A stretch of 60,000 bases of DNA. Source: Lama glama. Lineage: Eukaryota. This document shows positions 41,600-54,800 of the stretch, piece by piece. A program made the translations under genes and the position numbers. Below the pieces are notes generated by a model. That model was not told the origin of the DNA. It did no database searches and worked only from the letters and a program-made list of their open reading frames with translations. The stretch spans positions 20,958,001 through 21,018,000 of the forward strand of contig CM052816.1 in assembly GCA_028534125.1 (NCBI GenBank). The letters run 5' to 3'. Position 1 is the stretch's first letter. Each line of letters opens with the position of its first letter.

Positions 41600-43014
41600 T
41601 GGTGCCAGGGTTGGCGGGTATTTTTTGTAGGTTTTTTTTCCTTCTTATAGTGTCTTAGGTTTGGTATCAGGATAATGATTGAGTCTTGAAAGGAGCCAGG
41701 AAATGTTTCCTTCATCTCTATTTTCTGAAATAACTTGTGAAATATTAGTATTAATTCTTCCTTGAATGTTTAATGTAATTCAACAGTGAAGCTATTTGTA
41801 GCCATAATGTTCTTTATTAGACTGTTTTAAATTACAGAATAACTTACTTTATTAGATATAGAGCTATTCAGATTTTCTCTTCCTTGTGTCAGTTTTGGTA
41901 ATAATTTGTTCATTTCATCTCAGTAGTCAGATTTATTGGCACAGAGTTATTTATAATATATACTTATTCTTTTAATGTCTGTAAGATCTGTAGTAAAGTC
42001 CTTTTTCCCCTAGTATTGGTGACTTGTATTTTCTCTCTCTCTTTTTTTTTTATTTTCCTTGATTAGTCTGGCAAAACGTTTATCAGTTTTATTGGTCATT
42101 TCCAAAAACCATCTTTTATTTTTTTTCAGTTTTCTATTTCTTTGATTTTTGCTTTTATTGTGATTATTTTCTTCTTTCTACTTGTTTTAGGTTTCATTTG
42201 CTTTTTCTTCTGATTTTTTAAGGGGGAAGCTTAGATAATACATTGTAAACATTTCTTATTTAAAGTATTTAAAACTGTTTCCCACTAAGTCTTGCTTTAG
42301 GTATATCTCAAAATTGTGATATATTTTGTTTTTATTATCATTCAGTTCAAAATATTTCATAATTTCCTGTGTGACTTCTTCTTTGATCCATGGGTTATTT
42401 GGAAGTATGTGGTTTTATTTTCAAATATTTGAGGATTTTCCAGATACTGTTTTGTTATTGATTCCTAATTTATATTCTTGTCAGAGAATATGTGCTGTAT
42501 ACTTTCATTCCTTTTAAATGTAATGTAAATATTTTGTGGACCAGTATATGATCTCTCTTGATGACTTTGTGTGTACTAGACACAATATGTTCTGAATATG
42601 TCAGTTAGATCAGGTTGGCTGAAAGTTAAGTCATCTATACTTTTACTTACTTTCTACTTGTTCTGTCAGTTACTGAAAGGAGAGTGTTAGTATTTGTATC
42701 AGTGGATTTGTATGTTTCTTCTTTCAGTTTTGTCCATTTTAGGGTCTTATGTTTTGAGGCTTTGGCTTTATGTACATATATATTTATATTTAGGCTTTCT
42801 ATGTCTTTCTGATCAATTAATCTCTTTTTTCATTATGAGATTTCCCTCTTTATATCTGGTATTAATGCTTCTACTGAAGTCTGCTTTGTTTATTGTTCAA
42901 CTCTACTTTGATACTCATATAGCCACTCCAGCTTTTTAAAAATTTATTAACATGGTTTAACATTTTCTATTATTTTTAATCTGTTTGTGCCTCTATATTT
43001 AAAGTGAATTTCTT

Positions 43015-43151
43015 TTTTGTTTTGTTCCTTTGGTAGGAGGGAGGTAATTAGGTTTGTTTATTTATTTTTAGAGGGGGTATTGAGGATTGAACCCAGGACC
43101 TTGTGCATGCTAAGCATGTGCTCTACCATTTGAGCTATATATATCCTCCCC
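43015..43151 (-). mobile_element. vic-1-like SINE with perfect 17-bp TSD TTTAAAGTGAATTTCTT
   Basis: TSD at 42998-43014 and 43152-43168; A/B boxes on the minus strand. Confidence 0.92.
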
Positions 43152-44319
43152 TTTAAAGTGAATTTCTTATAGGCAGCTTATAATTGGGTCTTGATTTTTT
43201 GTTTACTCTGCCAAATTCAGCAATTAATCTTAGAGCATTCAAAACATTTCCCTTTAGTGTTATCACCAATATTATAGAATTTAAATGTTCCATTTTGCTA
43301 CTTGTTTTCTGTTTGTCCCATCAGCTCTTTTTTCCTTTGTTCCCTTTCTTGAGGTTCTTTTGAGTTAAATAATAATTTTTTAATATTCTATCTCATGTTA
43401 TTTAGTAGCTATACCTCTTTTTTAATTGTAAAGTTAAAACTTGAGTTTTATCAGAAGACTTTGAACATAAGTTCACAATTCTAGCTAATAGCTACTCTTT
43501 CTTCCTTCTTTCCCTCCTTCCTTCCTTCCTTTCAGTAACAGTTTTATTGAGATATAATATACATACCATACGGTTCATCCATTTAGAACGTACAATTCAC
43601 TGCTTTTTAGTATATTCAGAGCTCTGTAACCAACACCACAGTTATTTTAGAACATTTTCATCACCCCAGAAAGAAACCCTGTACCCTTTAGCAGTCACCC
43701 TTCTGTATCTTCCAACCACCCCCTGATCCTCGACAACCACTAATCTTATGTTGTATCTCTATAGATTTTACTCTTCTGGACATTTCATGTAGATGGAATC
43801 ATACAATATGTGGTCTTTTGTGACTGGCTCTTTGAAAACATGTTAACATGTTTTCAAGGTTCATGTATTATTATAGCATTGTATCAGTACTTCATTCTTT
43901 TTTATGGCTGAATATATTCTATTGTATGGATGTATCACATTTTGTTTATTCATCAGTTGATTGACATTTGAGATGTTTTCAGTTTGGGACTATTATAAAA
44001 ATTGATGCTGTAAACATTAGTGTAGAAGTGTTTGTGGACACACATACTTTCATTTCTCTTGGTTATATACCTAGGAATGGAATTACTGGGTCATATGGTA
44101 ATTGTGTTTAATCTTTTGAGGAACTGCCTGATGATTTTTCCATAGTGGTGGCAAATGTGCATTCCCACCAGCAATGTATGAGTTCAAATTTCTCTACATT
44201 CTGGACAACTTACTATTTTTTTCTTTCTTTCTGATCTTAACTATTGTAGTAGATGTGAAGTGGTATGTCACTGGTACTCATTTGATATTCATTTCTGATG
44301 GCTAATGATGTTGAGAATC

Positions 44320-44321
<2 letters not shown>

Positions 44322-44370
<49 letters not shown>

Positions 44371-44448
44371 TTGGATGTATTGGGTATTGAGCCCAGGACC
44401 TCACGCATGGAAAGCATGCACTGTACCAGTGGGCTGTACCCCTTCCCC
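44322..44448 (-). mobile_element. vic-1-like SINE (short form) with long (TTTA)n tail, TSD TGAGAATCTT
   Basis: TSD at 44312-44321 and 44449-44458. Confidence 0.88.
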
Positions 44449-45306
44449 TGAGAATCTTTTCATGGGTTTATTGGCCTTTGTGTATCTTATTTGCAGGAAT
44501 ATCTTTTCAGATATTTTGCTGATTTTTAAATTTTTTTTTTTAATCATTAAGTTATAGGAGTTCTTTATATATTTTAGAATACCCTTATCAGGTATATGAT
44601 TTGCAAAGATTTTCTCCCATTCTGTGGGTTGTCTTTGCTTTGTTCATGGTGTTCTTTTTTTTTTTTATGGTGTTCTTTAAAGCAGAGTAATTTTACAGTT
44701 TAATGAAGTCCATTTTATTTTTTGTTACTGTTTGTCTCTTTCTTGTCATATCTAAGAAACCATTGCACAATGCAAGATAACAAAGATTTACACCTTTATT
44801 TTTTTCAAAGAGTTTTATAATATTAACAACTACATTTAAATCATTAATTCATTTTTTAAAATCTGAAGTATAGTTGATTTATAATATATTAGTTTCAGGT
44901 GTACAACATAGTGATTTCAGTATTTTTATAGATATAGTCCATTAAAGTTATTATAAAAATTGGTTATATTCCCTGAACTGTGTGATAGATATATCTTTGT
45001 AGCTTATTTATTTTATACATAGTAATTTGAATCTGTTAATCCCCTACCACTATGTTCCCCCTCTCCCCTTCCCTCTCTCCCCATTGGTGACCATTAATTT
45101 GTTCTCTGTATCTGTGAGTCTGGTTTTTATTTTGTTACATTTGTTTGTTTTATTTTTTAGATTCTACATATAAATGGTAAAATACAGTATTTGTCTTTCT
45201 CTGTCTGACTTATTTCACTAAGCTTAATATCCTATAGGTCCACCTATGTTGTCGTAAATGGCAACATTTTCATTCTTTTTTATGGCTGAGTGATATTCCT
45301 CTCTCT

Positions 45307-45354
<48 letters not shown>

Positions 45355-48300
45355 CTCATATCTGCTTTATCCATTTATCTATTAATAGACACCAGTTGCT
45401 TTCATTATCTTCGCTACTATAAATAATGCTGCTGTGAACATTGGGGTACATGTATCTTTTCTAAGTAGTGTTCATTGATCCATTTTCAGTTAATTTTTGT
45501 ATTTGGTGTGAGGTAGAAGTATAGCTTCATTCTTTTGCATGTGCATATCCAGTTGTCCCTGCACCATTTGTTGAAAAGACTTTTCTTTCCCTATTGTATT
45601 GTCTTAGCACTCTTGTGGAATATCAGTTGATCATAAATGTGAGGGTATCTTTCTGGACTCTCAATTCTGTTTCACTGATCTACCTGACTGTTTTTATGCT
45701 AGTGCCACACTGTCTTGATAACTGTTGCTTTGTAGTAAGTTTTGAAATCTGGAAGTTTGAGTCCTCTAGACCTGTGTTGTGTGTTTTGTATGGTTGGTTT
45801 AGGTTTTGCACTAACACATATCACAATTTTTATATAGCACATTTACTTTAAAATAGTGTCATTCACATATAGCTTAATTGTCTTAACAACAGTATAGCTT
45901 CCATTCTTTCTTTTTATTCCCTGTGCTTTTATTTATGTTATAAATCTCATAATACATTATTAGTTCTTACATTTTAAACAATCAAGTATCTTTTAACTAG
46001 CTTTATTGAGGATTAATTGATATTCAATATATGGCACTTTTTTTTAATTGAGTTCTAATCAGTTTACAATGTTGTGTCAGTTTCTAGTGTACAGCACAAT
46101 TTTTCAGTCATACATGAATATACCTATATTTGTTTTCATATTCTTTTTCACCGTGAACTACTACAAGATATTGAATATATTTCCCTGTGCTATACAGTAT
46201 AAACTTGTTCATCTATTCTGTATATACCTGTCAGTATCTATAAATCTTGAACTCCCAGTCTGTCCCTTCCCACCCATGGCACATATTTAAAGTAAAAATT
46301 TTGTGAAGTTTGACATGTATTCACCTGTGAAACCATCACCATAATTGATATAACAATCACCCCCAAATATTTCCTTGTGATCCTTTATAGTGCTGTCCTC
46401 CTTACAGATGCTCTCTTCCCCTTCTACCCCTAGGCAACTGTGTAATCTGATTTCTGTCACAATAGATTAGTTTACAGTTCTGAGAATTTTATATTAATAG
46501 AATGATACTATATGTGCTCTTTTGTTTTTGTTGTTCTGGTTTCTTTCACTCAGCACAGTAATTTTGGGATTCATCCTATTGTTGCATATATAAATCATTC
46601 TTTTTTATTGCTAAGTAGTATTCAGTTTTATGATTATACCACTGCTTATCTGTTCACATATTGATGAATACTTGGCTTGCTTCTGAACTTTGGCTATGAA
46701 AAATTAAGTTGCTGTTGCAGTGAATATTTGTATGCAAGTTTTTATATGAACATCTGCTTTTATTTCTCTTAGGTAAATAACTTTGAGTGAACTGGTCAGG
46801 TATATGTTAGATGTATATTTAGCTTTTTTAAAAAAAACTCATACTTTTTCCCAAAGTGATTGAATCATTTTCTATTCATATCAGTAGTTCCAATTGTTCC
46901 ATATCCGTACCAATTTTTGTTATGGCCAATCTTTTTATTTTTAATTTTTTAATTTTTTAATTTTAATTTTAATTTTTTTATTGAAGTACAGTCAGTTACA
47001 ACGTGTCAATCTCTGGTGTACAGCACAGTGTCCCAGTCATGCATATACATATATATATTCATATGGCTAGTCTTATTTATTTATCTATTTATTTATTTAT
47101 TTATTTGGCTAGTCTTTTTAAATTTCAGCTTTTCTAGCAGTTGTGTAGAAGGTGCCTCATTGAGATTTTAATTTACATTTCTCTTGTTCTATGGATGAGC
47201 ATCTTTTCATATGCTTATTATTTGTCTATGTCTTTATTGGTGCAGTGTCTGAATCTTTTGCACATTTTTTAATGGGGTTGTGGTCCTCTTAAGTTTTGAG
47301 AGTTGTTTGTATTTTCTGCATGTAAGTCCATTATTAGATATTAGTTTTCAAAATTCTGTAGTTTTATGTTTTACATTTAGGCCTGTGATCCATTTTAATT
47401 TCTATATATGGTGACAAGATATAGATCATAGTTCATTTTTGTATATGGGTATCCAGTTCCAGCATCATTTGTTTAAAAAGCTTCTCTATGCACTGAATTG
47501 CCTTGGAATTTGCAGTTGACGATATATGTGTGTGGTGCATTTCTGACTGTGTTCTGTTTCACTAATCATAGAATTATCTAATTTGGCAATGATGTAATTT
47601 GCAAATAGTGTTACAACTTCTATTTTAAACTGGATGCCTCATTTCTTATTCTTGCTTTATTGCACTGGCTAGAAACTCCAGTACAATGTTGAATGGAAGT
47701 GGTGAGCAGACATTCTTGCCATATTTGTAATCATAGAGGAGAAGGTATTCAGTTTTTTACCATTAAGTATTATGTTAGCTGTGGGATTTTTGTAGATGTT
47801 ATTTATTAAGTTGAAGACGTTCCCTTCTACTTTTATTTACCTAAGAGTTCTTAATCAGGAATTAATTTTGGATTTTGTTGACCTGACCTCATGGAATAAG
47901 TTGGCACGTAATTCCCTCTACCTCAGTTTTCTGTAATAGTCTGTGTAGGATTGATGTTATTTCTTTTTAAATGTTTGTTAGAATTCATCTTTGAGTATTG
48001 AATTTTCTTTGTAGGACAATTTTTGTAAAGATTAATCTCATCATGTTATCTGTTTTTTCCTTGAATGTGCTTTGGGGTTTGTGTCTTTCAAGGACTTTGT
48101 CCATTTTATCTCTCATTGTCAAAGTTGTCAAATTTATTGATATTAAAGTTTTTGATTATTTTTCCTAATTATACTTCTAAAATCTGTTAGATGCCAATTC
48201 TCATTCCTTTTACTGGTAATGTATCCCTTCCCTCTCACTTTCCTCTGGCTTGAGGTTTCTAAGTTTTATTGATCTTCTTTTTAAAAAACTTCCTTTTTTC

Positions 48301-48699
48301 CTTCTCCATTGTTTTTTATTTTTATTGGGTTGATTTCCCCTCTGATTTTATTACTTTTTTATTCAGCTTTCTTTGGCTTAATTTGGTCTTCTTTTAAAAA
48401 AATTCTTCGAAATGTTAACCTATCTTGATTGTGGTGGTGTTTTCATAGGTGTATACATCTATCAAAATTCATCAAATTGTACATCTGAAATATGTGTAGT
48501 TTACTGTACAGGAATTATACCATAATAAAGATGTGATTAAAAAAATTCTTAAAGTGGAAGCTAAGGCTGTTGATTTAAGATCTTTCTCACTTTCTAATAT
48601 AGACTTCGAGTGCTATAAATTATCCTCTAAGTAATGTTTTGTTTGTGTCCCACAAACTTTGAAATGTGTTTTCATTTTTATTCAGTTCAACATAATTTT

Positions 48700-48847
48700 T
48701 TCTTTTCTTTTTTTCTTTCCTTTTGTTTTTTTTGGTGGGAGGAGGTAGTTAGGTTTATTTAATTATTCTTAGAGGAGGTACTGGGGATTGAACCCAGAAC
48801 CCCATGCATGTTAAGCATGCACTCTACCACTTGAGCAGTACCTTCCC
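48700..48847 (-). mobile_element. vic-1-like SINE
   Basis: gaggaggtactggggattgaacccagaacc...accacttgagc; T-rich tail; imperfect TSD CATAA(T/C)TTTT. Confidence 0.9.
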
Positions 48848-51800
48848 AGCATAACTTTTAATTTTATTTGTTCTGTGGATTATTTTGAAGTATCATTTAG
48901 TTTCCAAATATTTGGAGATTTTCCACATATTTTCCATTATTTATTTATGGCTTGATTCCATTCTGATCAGAGAACATACTTGGTGTGACTTGAATCTTTT
49001 TACATTTGTTCAGACTTATTTTATGGTCCAGAATATTGTCTCTTTTGGCAAATGTTTCATGGACACTTGAAAAGAATGTATGTTCTACTTCTGTCAAGTG
49101 GAGTGTCCTGTAAATGTCAGTTAGATCAAGTTGTTTTATGGTATTCAAGTTTTCTGTGTTCTTATTCATTTTAATGCTACTTGTTTTGTCAATTATTAAG
49201 TTATAGTTAATTACAACTATTATTTTCAATTTGTGTTTTTGTCCTTGCTTGTTCATTTCTTCATAGTTTTTCAGGTTCTTCTTTTAGGTGCTTAAACATT
49301 TGGAATTGTTACTACCTCTAGATGAAGTGGTCCCTTTATCATTATGAATTGACTCCCTTATAATCCTGATACTATTCTTATATATAAAATACAAAATTTA
49401 CTTTGCCTGATGTTAAGAGAACCGCTTTAGCTTTCTTCTGATTAATGTAAGTTGTATGCCTTTTTCTGTCCTTTACTTGTAACCAGTGTCCTTATAGTTA
49501 AAATATATTCCTTATAGGTAACATAATTTTTGTCTTACTTTTTTGTATTCAGTCTGAAACTCTGCTCTCTTTTTTTAAAATTAATACTTATTTTTTATTG
49601 AAGTGTAGTTGCCTTACAATGTTAGTTTCAGGCATACAGCCAAGTAATTCAGTTATACATATACATACATATATATTTTTTAAAGTTAAAGTATAAGTCA
49701 GTTACAATTTATCAATTTCTGGCGTACAGTATAATGTCCCAGTCATGCATATATATACATATATTCATTTTCATATTCTTTTTCATTAAAGGTTATTACA
49801 AGATACTGAATATAGTTCCCTGCGATATAGAGAAGAAATTTGTTTTTATCTATTTTTATATATAGTGGTTAACATTTGCAAATCTCGAACTTCCATATTT
49901 ATCCCTTCCTACCCTCCTTTCCCTGGTAACCATAAGACTGTTTACTATGTCTGCAAGTCTTTTTCTTTTGTAGATGAGTTCATTAGTGTCCTCTTTTTTC
50001 TTTTTCTTTCTCTTTTTTTTTTTTTAGATTCCACATGAATGATATCATATGATAATTTTCTTTCTCTTTCTGGCTTACTTCACGTAGAAGGACAATCTCG
50101 AGGTCCATCCATGTTGCTACAAATACGTACATATATTTTCAGATTCTTTTCCATTACAGCTCATTACAAGAAATTGAATATAGTTCCCTGTGCTATTCAG
50201 CAGGTCCCTGTTTAACTATTTTATATATAGTAATGTGTATCTGTTAATTCCAGACTCCTAATTTGTCCTTTCCCACCCTTTCCCCTGGTAACCACAGCTT
50301 GTTTTCTATGTCCATGAGTCTATCTCTAGTTTGTAGATTAAAAAAAAAATTTTTTAAGATTCCTCATATAAGCGACATCTTACGGTATTTGTCTTTCTCT
50401 GTTTGACTTACTTCACTTAATATGATCATCTCTAGGTTCATCCATGTTGCTGCAAATGGATGATTTCATTCTTTTTTATGGTTGAGTAGTATTGTATTGT
50501 ATATATGTATATATGTGTGTGTGTGTGTGTGTGTGTATACACACACGCACATACATACACCACATCTTCTTTATCTTCTTTTATGTTTAACAGTTGCCTT
50601 ATATACGTGGTGCTCCTATGTTGGGTGCATATATATTTACAGTTGTTATAGCTTCTTCTTGGATTGATCCATTGAGCATTATGTAGTGTCCTTCTTTGTT
50701 TCTTGTGATAGTCTTTATTTTAAAGTCTGTTTTATCTGATATAAGTATTGCTACTCTAGCTTTCTTTGGGTTTCCATTTACATGAAATACCTTTTTCCAT
50801 CCCTTAACTTTCAGCCTGTATGTGTCTCTAGCTCTAAAGTAGGTCTCTTGTAGACAGCATATATAGTGGCCTTATTTTTGTATCCATTTAGCCAGTCTCT
50901 GTCTTTCGGTTGGAGCGTTTGATCCATTTACATTTAAAATAATTATTGATATGTATGTTCTTACAGCCATTTTGTTAATTGTTTTTGATTTGTTTTTGTA
51001 GGTCTTTTTTTCTCTTTCTTCTTTTTGGTCTCTTATGATTTGATGACTCTCTTTAGTGTTATGTTTGGATTCCTCTTTATTCTTTGTGGGTATATCTATT
51101 ACAGATTTTTGGTTTGCAGTTACCATGAGGTTTTCATACAGAAGTCTGTATATATACATGATTATTTTAAGTTGCTAATCTCTTAATTTCAAATGCATTT
51201 TAGATATCCTGCATTTGTACTCTTCTCCCCTCATGATTAGTGGTTTTGATATAATATTTTACATCTAATTGTTTTGTGTATATTTTAACTGCTTATTGTG
51301 GATACAGATGATTTTTTTACTACTTTTGTCTTTTAATGTCCCTGTTAGTTTGTGTGTGGATGGTTTCCGATCTCTATTGTATGTTTGCCTTTACTGGTGA
51401 GCTTTTCCATTTCATAATTTTCTTATTTCTGGTTGTGGCCTTTTCTTTTCTACCTAGAGAAGTTCCCTTATCATTATTGTAAAGCTGGTTTGGTGGTGCT
51501 GAATTCTTTTAGCTTTTGCTTATCTGTAAAGCTTTTGATTTCTCCATCAAATCTGAATGAAAGCCTTACTGTGTAGAGTATTCTTGATTGTAGGGTTTTT
51601 TTTTCCCTTCATCACTTAAAATATATTGTGACACTCCCTTCTGGCCTGCAGACACTCTGCTCTTTTATTGGGATACTTAGACCATTTATATTTAATATGA
51701 TTATTTATATGGCAGGGTTTATGTCTGTCATTTTGCTTTTTGTTATCTACTTGTTCCGTCTGGTCTTTTTTCCCTTCTTTTGGACTGAGTATTTTTTATT

Positions 51801-54800
51801 ATTGTGTTACCTTTTTGGCTTATTAGCAATTACTGTTATGTTATTTAATTTTTGCTTTCAGGGTTTGTAGGATATATCTTTAACTTATTCAAGTCTGTTT
51901 CAAGTAATACTAAGGCATTCTTTTCTATTATGTAAAACCCTTTCAACATTATGCTCGCACTTCTCCATTCATACCGTATGTTCTGTTGCATACATTTTAC
52001 TTTCATGTAAGTTATAAACCCTACAAAATTGTCACTGTTTTCTATTTTAAAAGTCAGTTATTCAGAAACAGACTCACAAACGTAGAGAACAAACTTATAG
52101 TCGGGGGTAAAGGGTGCAGGAAGCAATAAATTGGGAATTTGAAATTTGCACTTCTTGGGGAGTAATGAAAATGTTAGCTGTCTTGATTTTGGTAGTGATT
52201 TCATAGGTGCATACATCTATCAAATTTCATCAAATTGTACATCTGAAATATGTGTAGTTTACTGTACCGGAATTATACCACAATAAAGGTGTTTTTAAAA
52301 AGTATTATTTTTTTAAGAGGTGTAAATAATAGGAAAAAAAGGGCTTTTGAATTTTCCAATATAGTTAGCATTTCTTTTGCTCTTTATTCCTTTGTGTTCA
52401 TCCAGGTTCCTGTCTGGTATCATTTTTCTTCTACCTGAAGGAGTTCCTTTAACATTTTTTATAGTGCTTATGTGCTAGTAATGGATGCTTTTAGCTTTTG
52501 TATGTCTGAAATAAGTCTTTATTTCTTCTTTTCTTTTTTGTTTTTAAGATACTTTTGCTAAATATATATTTCTAGGTTGAAGATGTTGGTCTAGGGTCTT
52601 TTGACTTGCATTATTTCTGATTTTATGATTTTATGTCACTTTTTTTCTTCATCTGTATGTAATATGTCCTTTTTTTTCTGGCTGCTTTTAAGAGTCTTTT
52701 TCACTGATTTTAAGTTGTTCAGTTATAATGTATCTTGATTCTCTTCATCTTTCTTGTGCTCAGGTTTGTTTGTTTTGTAGCTTCTTGAAACTTTGGTTTT
52801 ATAGTTTTCCTCAAATTTGGAAAATTTTTGCTATTACTTCCTGAAAATATTTTTCTGTTCTCCTTCTTCCTCCTTTTTTTCTCTTCTTTAGAGAATCCAG
52901 TTATGTGTATATTAGGCCTCTTGAAGTTGTTCAACAGTTCAGTAATGTGCTGTCCATTTTTTTCAATCTTTTGTTGTTTCATTTGGTGATGTTTCTATTG
53001 CTGTATTTTCAGGTTTGGTAATCTTTTGTTCTGCTTTGTCTAATCTGCTGTTAATCCTATTTAACAGTTTTTTAATCTCAGATATTATGGTTTCTTCTCT
53101 ATAAACTTGATATGTTTATGTATTTTATCAAACAGATACTTACTAAGTTCCAGGTATTAAATTTGACTGACAATGTATCCTTTATTGGTGACATGAACAC
53201 TTTTTGTTAGAAATCTGAGGAGAATAATGATTGCAGTGGGCTCAAAAGGTATTGGAGATTATATAAACGAAGATTTTTCTTTTGAGGCATTGTCTGTGAA
53301 ACGTGACAGAGAAATGTGATGGTGCCAAAAAGGATATGGTGATAGTATCAGGGGAATATTTTTATAAGATGAGGATATTTTACCACTTATATGCTGATCA
53401 TAATGATTTTGTTAAAAAAAGAAAAAGGATACATGGGAAAGAGAGAGGGTAACCTTAGGAAATCCTTAGAAGAGGGATTGAGATCCTGCCCAGGTAGAGG
53501 ATATTTGCCATGGAACAGAACACAGTTCGGTCATTCTTTTTCATAGGAGGGAAAGCAGAGTGAATGAGTATGGTTAGAGGTAGGTTAGTAAATTTTCCAG
53601 TGATAGTTTGGAGCAAATTAAAGCTTTTGACTCCATTTACTCAAATGTACTGTGTGTTTGGAACAACCCCTTGCTGTGCCTAGCTGCTATAGATACAGCA
53701 CTGAAGCACTTAGGTGTTCAATATTATGTGCCAATGCATAGAATAGTTCTTGGCACATAATAGGTGTTCAACAAATGTTTATTGACTATATTTGGATATA
53801 TATACCCAGATAACTGTGTTTAGATTTTTTGTTTCTGAAACAGCTCAGTTGACTATTTAATGATTATTGCTTTGGTTGGGTTGCTTTTACAGGTTGGATT
53901 TTGCTTTTTAATAATTTGTTTCATCCTCTGAATTTTCAGTGAATACAACTTTTTGTGTAATATATCTTAAAGCTTTATATGAAATTTTAAAATGTACTTA
54001 TTCCCCTTGTGCACTAACCATATGGACTAGGTCTAATGAGAGGACAAAGAAGGGACAAAGTTTTGATACTTAGGGAATTTGGAGATAGAAAGATAGAATT
54101 TGGAGTAGTAACTGAGGTTAGAAAGGGAAGTATAAGAGTGCCAGACCCACACGGGAAGATGAGGCGCAGGACAGAAAGGATTTCACACTCGTTAACAGAT
54201 CTGAAAGAGCAGCTTACAGATGGCTAGTGCTGTGTGAGAAGTTGAGTTTAAGAACATATTTGGAGATCTAGTTTAGTGAATCCCTGTCATTTGCTTAAAC
54301 ATTCTTTGTCACATGTAAAAACAACACAACAAAAAAATCCATCTGTTCCATGTTGTTCTCCAGCCGCTCCTCCCTTTTAAACTTATTAAAGACTAGTTCA
54401 TATTTGCTATCTGTATACTTTCCTCCACTCAATCCTCAGTCCAATCTGATCTTGCTTCCACTCTTAATGCCTCACCAAAACCATTCAGGTCACCAGTTGC
54501 CCATTCTGGCAGATCCAATTAACTTTTTTCATTTTTTTTATCTTCATTGGGTTTATTTTTTAAACTATTTCTTCCTTGTCTCCCACTATACATTGCTCAT
54601 CCAGATTTACTTTGTTTCTCCAGTTGCTCCTTTTTTAAAAAACTGTCTCTACATTAAAGGTAAGTTTTCTAGGCATCATGCTGCATACTATAAGAATACA
54701 AAAGGAGAATGTATTTTGCCAGTGTGCCAAACATTTGGCGTGCAAATGAAATAATACAGAAGAAAGAAAGAATTACATGTTACTGTTTAATTGGATACAT

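Larger units (their letters stand above)
40630..53095 (-). mobile_element. Dense nested cluster of mostly antisense L1 fragments of several ages in AFF4 intron 5
   Basis: Minus-strand ORFs with L1 motifs: 48945..49256 (LDLTDIYRTLH...FSDQNGIK), 50872..51159 (ISIIILNVNG), 52719..52982 (ORF1-like KRPNIHITG); many L1 3'UTR signatures with TSDs. Confidence 0.92.
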
